DNA of 64,000 nucleotides, from positions 38,440,001 to 38,504,000 of the forward strand of contig NC_043001.1 of the NCBI RefSeq assembly GCF_006345805.1, in the 5' to 3' direction. Position numbers and translations under genes: made by a program. Under the pieces are notes generated by a model that saw only the letters and a program-made list of their open reading frames with translations, was not told the origin of the DNA and ran no database searches. Source of the stretch: Octopus sinensis. Taxonomy: Eukaryota. Positions 27,014 to 39,171 of this stretch are shown piece after piece; the first letter of the stretch is position 1, and each line of letters begins with the position of its first letter.

Positions 27014-28128
27014 CCGTAATCCGGGGTGAATAGGGACAATAACCGAGAAAAAATATTTTAGAACAATAAAGTTGAGATTACTCAAATTGTTCTCGTTTCT
27101 TTCTAGTTATTTGTAGGTACATATATATGCCTTTCGGAACTTTCTTTCTGCAGGAGACGTTGTACCAGCGAGGGTGTTCCGACCCGCTCAGTTTCTTGCA
27201 GCAGGTTTCCAAACACACAGTGCACGTGAATGATTTCCTCGGAAAATCCATTGGTATCCTTACCACCGCCTATTTCTGCTTTCACCCCTATTTTGGTGTT
27301 TTGTAGTGTTGAATAGGGATACCATGCCGCGACAGTAGAAACCAGTTCCTGGGAAGAAAAATACGCCAAAATAGATCCTGAGCGACTAGAGGCCGCCAAA
27401 AGAGCTGTCGTCAAAGGAATGACACTCAGTAAAGCAGAAGAGGACTTCAAAATTCCATCAAGTTGGGGAAAAATATCAAGAAACGTGGTGGACAGGCTGT
27501 TTTATTTTCAGGTGAAGAGGAAATTCTTGCTCAAAGGCTCGTGCTGTGCGCCTCTTGCGGCTATCCGATGGACTCCTATGATTTGCGACTGATCGTTAAA
27601 GGATACCTGGATCGTCGAGGTGTCGATGTGAAAAGATTCAAAGGGAATATGCCTGGTGTAGATTGGGCTGGTTTGATCTTCAAAGTTTCAGTGACTAGTT
27701 TACAACCATAGCCTTACCTTATCTCATATCATGTTGAAAATACCTAAATCGTGTTTATTCTGCCAATAATAATCTGTTCATTTTGTGTCACTTTGTTTAC
27801 CTGTAATACATCCAGTCTTTTTAATTCTGCCAATAATCTGTTCATTTCATGTCACTCTGTTTACTAGAAATACATGTTGTCAATAATCTATTCAGTTCGT
27901 ATCACTTTGTTTACCTGAAGTTTTTTATTTGTTCGTATTGACCTTTCAGCTAGTTGAATAGGTCCAATAGTGTGTTGTATATAAAAGACGGGGTGAATAG
28001 GGACAGTGGTTTTTCATTTTTTAAAAATGGGTGTGCCAACGAATTTTGATAAAGTTTCAGTGCGCGTCGGTAGGTTACCAGTAGGGACATAAATCCCACT
28101 AAATTAATCAGTAAATTCTATTGCAGTC
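27014..28128 (+). mobile_element. pogo/CENP-B-type DNA transposon, deleted
   Basis: TA then TIR CCGTAATCCGGGGTGAATAGGGACA; psq and CENP-B HTH-like peptides (AEEDFKIP..FSGEEE..LRLIVKGYLD..MPGVDW); right TIR missing. Confidence 0.8.
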
Positions 28129-28152
28129 GCAATAGCATTTACTGATTAATTT

Positions 28153-28625
28153 CAAGCCCTCTGCTATCAGCCAGTTAGCCATAACAAATATTCTTTGGAC
28201 GAAAAGAAACTGCAGTCCCTGAGTCAAACACACTGCATGATTTGGGGATTTATATGCGCATCGTTTCATGTATAAAGGATCAAGATGGCTAGTGAAGGAC
28301 CAGAAGAGTATACATGTTCTATGGAGTGAAGATGGAAAAGGTGTGTAGTGATATAGTTATGGGAACTTCTGGTATAACTATTCTTTGGCATGAAGAGTTA
28401 TACCAGCCCCCAACTGGATGTCACTGTTCCACAAGTGCCACCCAACCCATCTAGAGTGAGGAACAGGAACTGCAATAACTTGTAATTTAAATATCTTGCA
28501 AAAGATCTGTGAAATGTACATGAGGTGGTGGGGTAGATGTTTTCATGAAAAAACTTGACCCCCTTGCTGTCCAAGGTGCCAGATGAACCAACATCACAAC
28601 AGGAAACTTGAAAGAGGGCAGTAAT
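28153..28625 (+). mobile_element. CR1-like LINE 3' fragment
   Basis: FMKKLD..SKVPDEPT motif, as at 15920-15990. Confidence 0.7.
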
Positions 28626-28936
28626 TTCAGATGATGGGTCGTTTTAGACACAGCACCGACTGCTGCAAAAGAGAGTATATCCACTGACAGCTTTTTGGTG
28701 TCTTCAAAAATCACATAACCGCTGCCCGCAATTTTCCATGACATACTCCAATTTTTCATGAGATACTCTAAATGGACACATAGCATGTTGCTTAGTCGAA
28801 TTAGCCATCATTTACTCCACAAATGTTTTGTTGTCAATGCTGTACTTTCCCATATCGTCTGTTTCAACATAACTGTAATATATTATATACAAACTATGCC
28901 ATTTTCATCTTGAGTAATGCCAAGTATCGCTGCTAG
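28626..28936 (+). mobile_element. Helitron 3' terminal segment
   Basis: Matches 22887-22985; ends GAGTAATGCCAAGTATCGCTGCTAG|T. Confidence 0.6.
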
Positions 28937-29229
28937 TATATAATATATCCCCATGCAGTGCTTCTAGAAAACATTTTTATCATAGTGAGCAAGTTTTCAT
29001 AAGAACTTCATATCACCAAATATGCCAATCGTTTGTTATTTTCGTCTGTGATGTTCAGAGTCCTGAGGTCAACCTCGATTACTTTATTCTGTATCTTCCT
29101 GGATCTTCATCATTTACAGGCTCTAGCTATATTTAGTGATCATCACATTTTATACAGCTGTCCTCATCCATTTACATCACATTCTCATACCAGAATAGTC
29201 TTTTCTCTTGCACATTACATGATTCCTCT

Positions 29230-29600
29230 TAGTACATCACATTACATTGATTCCTCTTAGTATAAATGTCTTTTTCTCAGGTCATTTATATTGTAATGTT
29301 CATGCATTCTTACCTTGCACATCCAAAGGAGCATGCTAACTTTATTTCTTTCCAACCTATTATGTTCTCTGCATTCAAGGCCCATGTCTCACTGGCGTGC
29401 AGCATTGCAGTTCTAACACATGTAACATATATTCTGCCTTTCCTTATGGAGGAAAAGACCTTTGTTTTCAGCAGTGCTAGTAAATCCCTGAGCTTTTCCA
29501 GCCCATTCTTACTCTGAGTACTATGCTTTCAGAGTAATCTTGCTAATCACATCTCCCATGTAAGAAAAGCCATCAATTACTTATAGTGAATTGCCTTGGC
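29230..29600 (-). mobile_element. RTE fragment
   Basis: Reverse complement encodes a RTAMLHASETWAL-like segment. Confidence 0.6.
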
Positions 29601-29639
29601 ATTTAAGTGGCTCAGTTTCTAGAGTGCTAGTATGAGCTA

Positions 29640-31490
29640 CAATGCATCAACTACATATGAAGCCATCATTTTCAGATGGTCAGTCAGCTATGAGGTTGGT
29701 GCATGTCATCAGTGGCCTGGTAAGGGGAGGTACAGACATACACCATCCCCAAAAGATCCATCTACGAAAATGGCTCAAAAACCAGAAATTGGTGGGGCGC
29801 TGATCAATTAAGGTCAATCCAAAGTTTTCAATAGGGTTGACCACTGGTACCTGGTAGCAGTCCTCAAGACAGCCAGTTTTGGGCCCATATTCAAGGTATG
29901 GATCACTCCAATGTACAGTAACACCTGTTCAATAGTGAGAGTGAGCAGTCACCTCTTGGAACTGTTCAACGTCATACACTTGGTCTGCCAGTTTGTCTCC
30001 TCTACTCTCATCTCTGTTGTATTTATTGACTCTCAAACAACTAGTGTACCATCTGGATACACTGTGGGGAATACTGTGTGAGCATTTGCTGATGATGTCA
30101 AAAACCAAAATCATTGAGATGATTGGGACTGCACTTAGGGAGTATAAAGGAGTGAAAATTAACCAGGTAAAGTCAGAGGGCTTGCAGCTTGGCACCTGGA
30201 AAGAAAAGTCTATGCTATTCAACAGCATTGTTGAGTGCTGGATGGACAGATTGGCTAAATTGCTTAGGGTCTGGTTTTATATTGACCTCCAGATTGACAA
30301 AAAATAAAACTGGGATGGAGTGATGAGCGAGGTGACTACTCTCATCCAGAAATGTCCTGAGAGGAAGCTTTCCTTGAAGGGTTGGGCAGAAGTGGCTAAT
30401 GTATAAAAATAAGAATGTGTGTCTATCTGTCTGTCTGCGTGAATCCCTAAAATTTGAGAACTACACAACCGATTTCACTCAAATTTTACACATGCCTTAC
30501 TTAGGGTCTATGCAGTGTCATGGGCTAAAAAAGTTTCAACTTCTTGCCTAATGCAAGCCTAGAGCAATCTCTTATCTCTTACATTATTTCAGTATTACTA
30601 TTGTAATGTGTGAATACTTTCAGTTTGAAAGAAGTCTAGCGTCCATTAGCTAGGGGACCAAGTTAGTAGTAGGGATGGATGCTCTGAAAGCGTAGCTGCT
30701 AGAATAAGAATAGCCTGGGCAAAGTTCAGAGAGCTCCTACCTCTGCTGGTGACAAAGGACCTCTCGCTCAAAGTTAAAGGTAGACCGTATGATGCATGTG
30801 TACAAACAGCCATGCTACATGGCAGCTATCCTTGAAGGGTTGGGCTGAAGTGGCTAATGTGTACATCTTGTTCATTATCTATTACCACCTGATCATCATG
30901 CTATGTCATGATCCCCACCTGGCTGTACTAAAGCATATACTCTTTCACATTTTGTGAAAGGGATGCATTCCCATGGTCAGGCAATCCATCTACTGTCCAC
31001 ACCCACTGCATGGTTGGACTGGGCATGCCATGGCTTATGAGGTGCAAACATGCACTGATGCTATGGCATCTCCAATATCTCCAGTGAACAGATATGGTTG
31101 ACGTTTGCCAGACATGTGTTGGCCTTGCTTGTCTTGTTGACAAGATTGTGAGAGAGAGCACTTGAAATATAGAATGTCTTCAAGCACTCGTAACCCTCAG
31201 TCAGTCACGTATGGTGATAGGTGGAAAATTCACTTCAGCATTCTATAGAGGATTAGTGGTGGGTAAAAGTGATGATATTCTTAGGGAGACTTTGGGCAGT
31301 GAAGACCATCAACAAACTGCTCTCTCAGAGAAATTTCAGCCCAAAGCAGACAATAATTTCTAGAAATCTCTGGCATGGCAGTGCTACTGGAGAGCATTAC
31401 TGGTTCAAGATAAACCCTACAGGCATGGAAGTGCCATAAGCCAAGCATGTCTGAGATGCATTCAGAAGCATGAAACCATCCTGCCTGCAC
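29640..31490 (+). mobile_element. Tx1/L1-like LINE RT remnant, interrupted at 30403-30823
   Basis: QSK.FNRVDHWYL..LSPLL..AFADDV..KLSLKGWAEVAN. Confidence 0.75.
30403..30823 (+). mobile_element. Chimeric insert: Helitron 5' fragment plus internal RTE fragment
   Basis: 30403-30640 matches 22061-22320; 30660-30823 matches the RTE copies; flanked by a 37-bp direct repeat. Confidence 0.85.
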
Positions 31491-31510
31491 TTGTCCAGTA
31501 CTGAAGCATT

Positions 31511-31742
31511 TATTTCTTTACTACCCACAAGGGGCTAAACACAGAGGGGACAAACAAGGACAGACAAACGGATTAAGTCAATTACATCGACCCCAGTGCG
31601 TAACTGGTACTTAATTTATCGACCCCGAAAGGATGAAAGGCAAAGTCGACCTTGGCGGAATTTGAACTCGGAACGTAACGACAGACAAAATATGGCTTCG
31701 CATTTCGCCCGGCGTGCTAACGTTTCTGCCAGCTCGCCGCCA
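31511..31742 (-). mobile_element. SINE family A, full length, with a 12-bp TSD
   Basis: TACTGAAGCATT at 31499-31510 and 31743-31754. Confidence 0.93.
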
Positions 31743-31759
31743 TACTGAAGCATTGTTGA

Positions 31760-31990
31760 TTAGTGCACTACAGTAACAGCCCATATGTTGATGGCAGTCA
31801 CAAGGTTGCTTGAGTTGCACTTTGATTTCAAGGAGTTTAAGGCACTTCAAATATGCTATGATGACATTGTCTTTCATTTCTCCATGCAAGATATTGTCCA
31901 ACACTAGGATCCCAAGGTACTTGTACCCCTCATCATCTGGGGTCTTCCATTCTCTTTCCATTTGGCAATTCTATGCCCCTACAAACTGCT
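31760..31990 (-). mobile_element. R4/Dong RT fragment
   Basis: DEGYKYLGILVLDNILHGEMKD..AINIWAV-like. Confidence 0.7.
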
Positions 31991-31999
31991 CTTTTAAGG

Positions 32000-32600
32000 C
32001 AGTAAGCTGGTAGAACTGTTAGTATGCTGCACAAAATGCTTAGTGGTATTTTGTCTATTGCTACGTTCTGAGTTCAAATTCTGCTGATGTCAACTTTGCT
32101 TTTCATCCATTCAGGATCAATAAAATAAGTACCAGTGAAACACTGTGGTTGATCAAATCGACTATTCCCTTCTCCCCAAATTTCAGGCTTTGTGTCTTTA
32201 GTAGAAAGGATTATTATTATTATTAAGTTAGAACTGTTAGCATGCTGGGCATAATGCTTAGTGGGATTTCATCCATCCTTATGTTCTGAATTCAAATTCT
32301 GCTGAAGTTAACTTTGTCTTTCATCCTTTCAGGGATATTAAAAGAGATACCAGTTGGGTACTGGGATCGATGTAATAGATTAAACCCCTCCCTGAAATTA
32401 CTGCCAAAATTCATGCCATTATTATTAATGTGCTTAGTGATATTTCTTCACATTCTGATTTCAAATTCTGCTCAGGTTGACTTTGCCTTTCATCCTTTCA
32501 GGATCGATAAAATAACACCCGGGTCGATGTAACTGACTAGTCCCCTCTCAACAAATTTCAGGCCCCGTGGCTTTAGTGGAAAGGACTTCTATTATTATCA
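32000..32600 (+). mobile_element. Three to four decayed SINE family A copies head to tail
   Basis: Repeated TCAAATTCTGCT..TTTCATCC.TTCAGG..GATAAA blocks. Confidence 0.75.
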
Positions 32601-32619
32601 TTAATTTACATAGATTGCT

Positions 32620-34110
32620 GTGACTCTTGACGAAGGTAAATAAACAATAAGAAGAGGGCAGTGTCTGGATACGTGGACGATGTCATTGTCATGGTGTCGG
32701 AAACCTCCAAAGTGGAGACGGTTGGCTCCATTGTGAAGGAATATGAGGTGAGTTGTAGGGGCTAAAATCAATGCCAACAAGTTGGTGGGATTGCAACTGG
32801 GCATCTGGAGAAGCAGATCAATGCCATTGGATGCTGGACTGATGGACCAGTAAAATTGCTCAGGATCTGGTTTGGTCCCGACCTCCAGGTGGATAAGAAT
32901 TGGGAAGAGGTGACAAACAGGGTGACCTCTCTTACCCAGAAATGGGCAGAGAAGAAGTTGTTCCTGAAAGGTCAGCAGAGGTGGCGAATGCCTACATCAT
33001 CTCTGTCATTATTTATTGTCTAACCATTGTCCTATGTCCCAGTTACTGCTTGAGTACATTGGAGCATATCCTGTTTATTTTCTTGTGGAAAGGGCGCATT
33101 TCAATGGTCAGGTGGTCAGTCTGCTGCCAACTTCCTTTGCATAGCAGCTTAGGCATGCCATGGATTTTAATGCGCAGCCACACACTCAGGTCATGCCACC
33201 TGCAGCGATTTCTTGAAGGTGAATGTGTGTGGGCTCCATTTGTGAGGCATGCCTTTCTGAAGCTCATCTCCGTGATAGAGCTGCAGTATTGGGTAAAGTA
33301 TAGGCTGAGATGGGGTGCCTGGCACTTAGAATGTTGTCAAGAGCTCACTGTCCTCTACAAGTCAGGCAATGGGATCGATGGATGTTCCACTAGATATTTA
33401 CAGTGGATTAGCAGCAGTGAAGTGCGATGACGTCCTCGGGGAAGACCATAGGTATCGACAAAGATGAACTGGCAACTCTGTTCCAGAGGACTTTCTGGTC
33501 AGGGACTGTTATGGATAATTTCCAGATGTCATTGTCCTGGCAGTGCTACCGGGGGGCACTACTGGATCAAGATAAACTCTACAGGCACGGATGTGTTGTC
33601 AGATGGGCTTGTCTGAGGTGCTTGCAGAATGACAAAACCATTCTGCATGCACTTGTTCTGTGGTTGGGCATTGCTAACTTGTGGAGTTATGTTGAACTGC
33701 TGCTGTTGCATGTAGGACAGATCCGTCTATTGTCCAAGTCCATAATGATGATTGCCCTGCCACCCTCCTTTAATCAGGCTGGCAAGGCAGTCTTCCTTTG
33801 TCTGGTGGCTGTGGCAAAAGAGGTTATCTGGTGGATGATCATGGATGGTGGGGTTCCTTGATTATCCTAGAAGTCCTCCTGAATCAGGGGATACCCCATC
33901 ACGATCCTTTTTCTTTTTTTTCCTCTTTTTCTAGTGTCACATACTATGTATACTTCCTTTCTTCTAATGTATGCCCTGTATACTTTTTATTTTATCATTC
34001 CATTATATGTAAACCCCAACACATTATGTCTTTGTATTGTCCCCTCATCCTTTGCCCTGGTGACAAATAAAAGAAATCATCATCGTCATTATTATTATTA
34101 TTATCTGTGG
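32620..34110 (+). mobile_element. Tx1/L1-like LINE 3' part
   Basis: YVDDV..AEVANAYIISVIIY..FLWKG..LGMP; AATAAA followed by an ATT tail. Confidence 0.75.
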
Positions 34111-36790
34111 GTGGTGCAAAGACCCCTCTCAACCTAAGGTAATGTGGTGGTGGAACAGTGTAGTTGATAGGGCCATTAGGGAAAAAAAACAGGAATGGAA
34201 GGGCTGGAAGTGTGGTGGTAGCAGGGAACTGCATCAGATCACTAGAAGGGAAGCTAGGAGACAGGTTTACTTAGCCAGAGGGGAAGTAGATAAGAAAAAA
34301 ATTTCCCAATGTTTTACATTGTGAGGACCAGAGCCTTGAAGTGTTTCGTATTGTAAGACAGTGTGTGAGAGAGAATTGTAATGTCATAGGAGAGAAATGT
34401 GTCTGCTTATATGATGATTCACTTGCACTTAATGATGCTGCAAAGAGAGAGACTTGGAGACACCAATGTGAAAGATTGCTAAATGAAGAGAATGAATGGG
34501 AGAAAGAGAGTCTGCCAAATGTCGACCCAACAAAGGGATCAGCTATTCAAATTGACAGTACTTTGGTAAAGCAATTAAGGGTATGAAAACAGAGAAAACC
34601 CCTGGCTCATCAGGAATCACAGCTGAGATGCTTAAAATATCTGGTAGTATAGAATATAGTCTAGTCACCCATATAGTCAACCAGGTGATACATGAAGTCA
34701 TATCCAATCACTTGTGTAGCAACATCATAGTCAACTACTACAAAGGTAAAGGTGATGTGTTAGATAGGAATAATTACAAAAGTATCAAATTGTTGGACCA
34801 GGTGATGAAAGTCACAGAGAGGGTCATAGCCCAACTAATTAGGGAGAGAGTTAGTTTAGACGAGATGTAGTGTGAGTTTGTGCCAGGGAAAAGCACCACT
34901 GATGCTGTATTTTCTAGTAAGACAGTTGCAGGAGAAACACCTAGCCTCTGTACTTGCCTTTTGTTGACATGGAGAAAGCTTTTGACAGGATCCTCTGATC
35001 CCTTATCTGCTAGTCAATGCAGAAACTAGGAATAGATGAGAGGTTGGTGAGAACTGTACAAGCCATGTACAGGGATGCTGTCAGTAAGGTGAGGGTTGGC
35101 AACAAGTATAGTGAAGAATTCTGAGTAGAAGTAGGGTATTCACCACGGATCAGTCCTCAGTCCCCTCTTATTCATCAGTGTCCTCCAAGCAATAACAGAG
35201 ATGTTCAAGATAGGGTGCCCCTGGCAGCTCCTCTATGCTGATGATCTTGCTCTAATAGTTGAGTCATTACCAGAACTAGAGAAGTTCCAAGTGTTGAAAC
35301 AAGGTCTAAAATTGAAGGGCCTTAGAGTCAACCTAGCAAAAAAACAAAGCCTTAGTGAGTAGGAAGACAGACAAATCACAATTCCCTTCAGGCCCTGCTC
35401 GACCTGTAAAAAAGGCTTAGGTAGAAACTCCATGAGATGTACCCAGTGTAAGCTACGGACACATAAGAGGCGAAGCATTATCAAAGGAAGGTTAACTGGG
35501 AAAATAGTTTTTGTGTGTGGTAGCTGCACAGGGGCAATAAACACCCAAGATATACAGAAAACAGATTCCATCACATGCCAGAGGGAAAAACTACAAGTAG
35601 TTGATAGCTACCGTTACCTAGGTAACCAAGTCTGTAGCTGGGGTGGATGCTCTGAAAGTGTAGCTGCTAGAATAAGAATAGCCTGGGCAAAGTTCAGAGA
35701 GCTGCTACCTCTTCTAGTAACAAGGGGCCTCTTGCTCAGAGTGAAAGGTAGACTGTATGATGCATGTGTGCAAACAGCAATGCTACATTGCAGTGAAACA
35801 TGGGCTGTGACTGCTGATGACATGCATAATCTGAAAGTAATGAAGCTAGTAGATCCACTGGATGTGTAATGTCAGTGTGCATACATGACAGAGTGTAAGC
35901 ACCCTGAGAGAAAAGTTGGACATAAGAAACATCAGATGTGGTGTGCAAGAGAGGCAACTGTTCTTGTATGGTCATGTGTTGCGTATGGACAAGGACAGCT
36001 GTGTGAAGAAGTATCACACCCTAACAGTGGAGGGAACTTGTGGAAGAGGCAGACACAGGAAGACATGAGATGGTGTAGTGAAGCATGACCTGTGAACGTT
36101 AGGCCTAACAGAGGCACTGACAAGTGACCGAGACCTTTGGAGTTATGCTGTGCTTGGGAAGACCTGGCAAGCCAAGTGAGATTGTTAGGCCTAACAGGGG
36201 CAATGACAAGTGACCGAGACCTTTGGAGTTATGCTGTGCTTGGGAAGACCCGGCAAGCCAAGTGAGATCATAGCCATGGCTGATGCAAGTGTTGCATAAC
36301 TGGTTCATTTAAAAGTACCCTTCAATTGTCGGGCAATATGCTGTGCTTAAGAAGACCTGTTGAGTCAAGTGAAATCGTAGTTGTGGCCAATGCCAGTGCT
36401 GCCTGATTAGCACCCATGCTGGTGGCACATAAAAATCACTATTCAAGTGTAGCTAATGCCAGTGTCCCCTACTGGCACTCGTGCCAGTGGAACATAAAAA
36501 GCACCTTTTGAGCATGGTCAATGCCAGTACCGACTGACTGGCTCCTATGCCAGTGGCACATAAAAAGCCACAATCCAAGCATGGTCAATGCCAGTACCAC
36601 CTGACTGGCCCCTGTGCTGGTGGCACATAAAAAGCATCCACTACACTCTTGGAATGATTGGTGTTAGGAAGGGCATCCAGCTGTAGAAACCTTGCCAGAT
36701 GAGATTAGAGCCTGGCTTACCATTCCTCAGTCAAACCATCCAACCCATACCAGCATGGAAAGCGGACGTTAAACAATGATTATTATTATT
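34110..36790 (+). mobile_element. RTE LINE, 5'-truncated, decayed
   Basis: Same family as 9975-12689; ~86-bp tandem duplication at 36098-36268; tail GTTAAACAATGATTATT. Confidence 0.93.
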
Positions 36791-37933
36791 ATCAATATTA
36801 TTGCTATCATTTACCACATGATAGTTGTTCATACCTGTTTTTTTTTTTGTTGCTCTTTTGTGAAAAGCCTCCTGTGGACACATTAATTTGCTTGTAATCA
36901 TCTTTAGAGCTATCAAGGTTAATCACCATTGCTATTTCTTCTTGCTGCTGCTGCTGCTGCTACTACTACTACTACTGCTGCTGCTGCTGTTGCTGCTGTT
37001 ATTATAACTATTCTTATCTTTGATACTATTCTATGTGTTCCTTGAGTCTGGCTGATCCGTTTGTGGGTTATGTTTATGCCAAGGGAGGTAATAACTTAAC
37101 TGGAGACAAAGAAGAGAAAAGGGAGAAGGGAAAACTAGGAGAGAAGAGAGAGAAAGAAAGAGAGAGGGAGAGAAGAGCTATATTATTCTGCATTTGTGTA
37201 TTGAAATCATAGGCACACTCAAAATGTCTAAGGCTGTGAAATAACGCCATGAAGATCTATAAATTTATGCATTAAATGATATATTGATAGATAGTTAAAT
37301 TAAAGTGAAATTACCTTAATTAGCAAATAGCTGTGAATGTTACATTTTCAGTCTTTTACATGTTCCAGATCAAAGACTGTGGTATTGCTTGGGCACTGCT
37401 GTTATTAATTTTTTCTTTCTTTTTTGTTATTTGGTTTAAATGATTTTCAATTTTATGACAGTAGACAAATACAGAGCAGAATGTAGATATGAGTGTTAAT
37501 TAGCTAGCTAGAACCATTTTGGCTAACCCTGACGAGCATAAGGTTCTATAATCTGATTGTTAACTAACACTCCATTGTATTCCTGGCATGAAACCACTTC
37601 TTAAGATCAACTGTAATGGGTATATAATACTGTACATTTTGCATAACATACCCACTTTATTGACAGATATACAAGTGCATCATTTCCCTGATTTATGAAC
37701 ACTTAGACAACTCATGCACGTATATATAAATATATATATATATATAAGTAGTTGAATGAATTATCCTAGTATGGATAATTCGGTTAACCGATACCCGGGT
37801 AGCAAATTCACGTCAGAAAAACATGGTTGAAGCTACATACCAAGGGCAGAGATCACGTGCTTTCGTGTGGAAATTTGTGTGTTTTTTTTAATACAAATAA
37901 ATGAAAGAATGGAGTTGAACGACGATTTAACAA

Positions 37934-38036
37934 AATTCCTTTATTCTTGACATATGTTTCGAAGACTGCATATTCCTAATTTCGAAGGAATAAGGGGTGC
38001 ATTATGCCGCCTTCTCATCAGGAAAGACAAGGAACT
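37934..38036 (-). ncRNA. Mirror hammerhead with a mismatch at the first stem I pair
   Basis: Same core on the minus strand; the base after C17 is A instead of G (37948). Confidence 0.75.
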
Positions 38037-38119
38037 TATGTCAGCATCATGATGAACAAAAACTTTTAGATGACTGCCCACACAGAGTCCATAGTGATAA
38101 TCATCATGATGCTGACATA

Positions 38120-38222
38120 AGTTCCTTGTCTTTCCTGATGAGAAGGCGGCATAATGCACCCCTTATTCCTTCGAAATTAGGAATATACAGTCTTCGAAAC
38201 ATATGTCGAGAATAAAGGAATT
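38120..38222 (+). ncRNA. Type-I hammerhead ribozyme (Penelope-type), apparently intact
   Basis: CTGATGA 38135-41; stem II GAAGGC/GTCTTC; GAAA 38196-99; stem III C-ATAT-G; GUC site at 38207; bipartite stem I of 4+8 bp. Confidence 0.85.
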
Positions 38223-38256
38223 TTGTTAAATCGTCGTTCAACTCCATTCTTTCATT

Positions 38257-38288
<32 letters not shown>

Positions 38289-38445
38289 TAAGGGTAGAAA
38301 TTGATATTTATCAATTAAGACCAGTGGTCTAGCATATTAAAAAAGAATCCGATTGATCTGAGAACATAATCTTTTGTGGTGAATGGCGATTTGACGTCTA
38401 TATCTAGCATGTTGACTGTCCACTTTTCGTGTTCAGTCCTTAATT

Positions 38446-38481
<36 letters not shown>

Positions 38482-38489
38482 CTTTTATG

Positions 38490-39171
38490 CACTTCAGCCT
38501 AAAGGCTGTAGTTATGCTGGAGCCCTACCAGTATTATCACCTTTTCAGTGGCCATTCTTCTCTGATTGGTTTTGGTGAAGGAGGAAGTTTCATATTACTG
38601 CCCTCTTTCAAGTTTCCTGTTGTGATGTTGGTTCATCTGGCACCTTGGACAGCAAAGGGGTCAAGTTTTTTCATGAAAACATCTACCCCCCACCTCATGT
38701 AGATTTCACAGATTTTTTTGCAAGATATTTAAATTACAAGTTATTGCAGTTCCTGTTCCTCACTCTAGATGGGTTGGGTGTCACTTGTGGAACAGTGACA
38801 TCCAGTTGGGGGCTGGTATAACTCTTCATGCCAAAGAATAGTTATACCAGAAGTTTCCATAAGTATATCACTACATACCTTTTCCATCTTCACTCCATAG
38901 AACATGTTTACTCCATAGAACATGTATACTCTTCTGGTCCTTCGCTAACACATTACCAGCATCTTGATGCTTTATACAGGAAACGAAGTGTAGATGCGCA
39001 TATAAATCCCCAAATCATGCAGTGTGTTTGACTCAAGGATTGCAGTTTCTTTTCGTCCAAAGTATGTTTGTTATGGCTTGAAATCCTTCTGCATTAAATT
39101 GCATGTTGTTTTCTTCAGCCCATTTGTACGTGGCAACTGGGTCATTCTGTAGAAGATTTGCATGTCACTAA
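38490..39171 (-). mobile_element. CR1-like LINE 3' end, complete terminus
   Basis: Mirror of 28153-28625 but continues into a natural 3' UTR; also keeps WAEENNMQFNA-like sequence. Confidence 0.75.

Larger units (their letters stand above)
24804..28625 (+). repeat. Inverted duplication arm A (R4 LINE + SINE + pogo + CR1)
   Basis: Collinear reverse complement of 38594-48701 once the Gypsy is removed; e.g. ORFs 25020-25244(-) and 48245-48469(+) are near identical. Confidence 0.95.
37897..38259. repeat. 158-bp inverted repeat with a 47-bp spacer
   Basis: Arms 37897-38054 and 38102-38259; two mismatches seen. Confidence 0.97.

Noticed and set aside
37520-37600. CTGACGA..GAAAC as another hammerhead
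   Set aside because: No stem I or stem III pairing and no NUH triplet.
37941-38215. Twin 72-aa ORFs on opposite strands
   Set aside because: By-product of the palindrome; no protein features.
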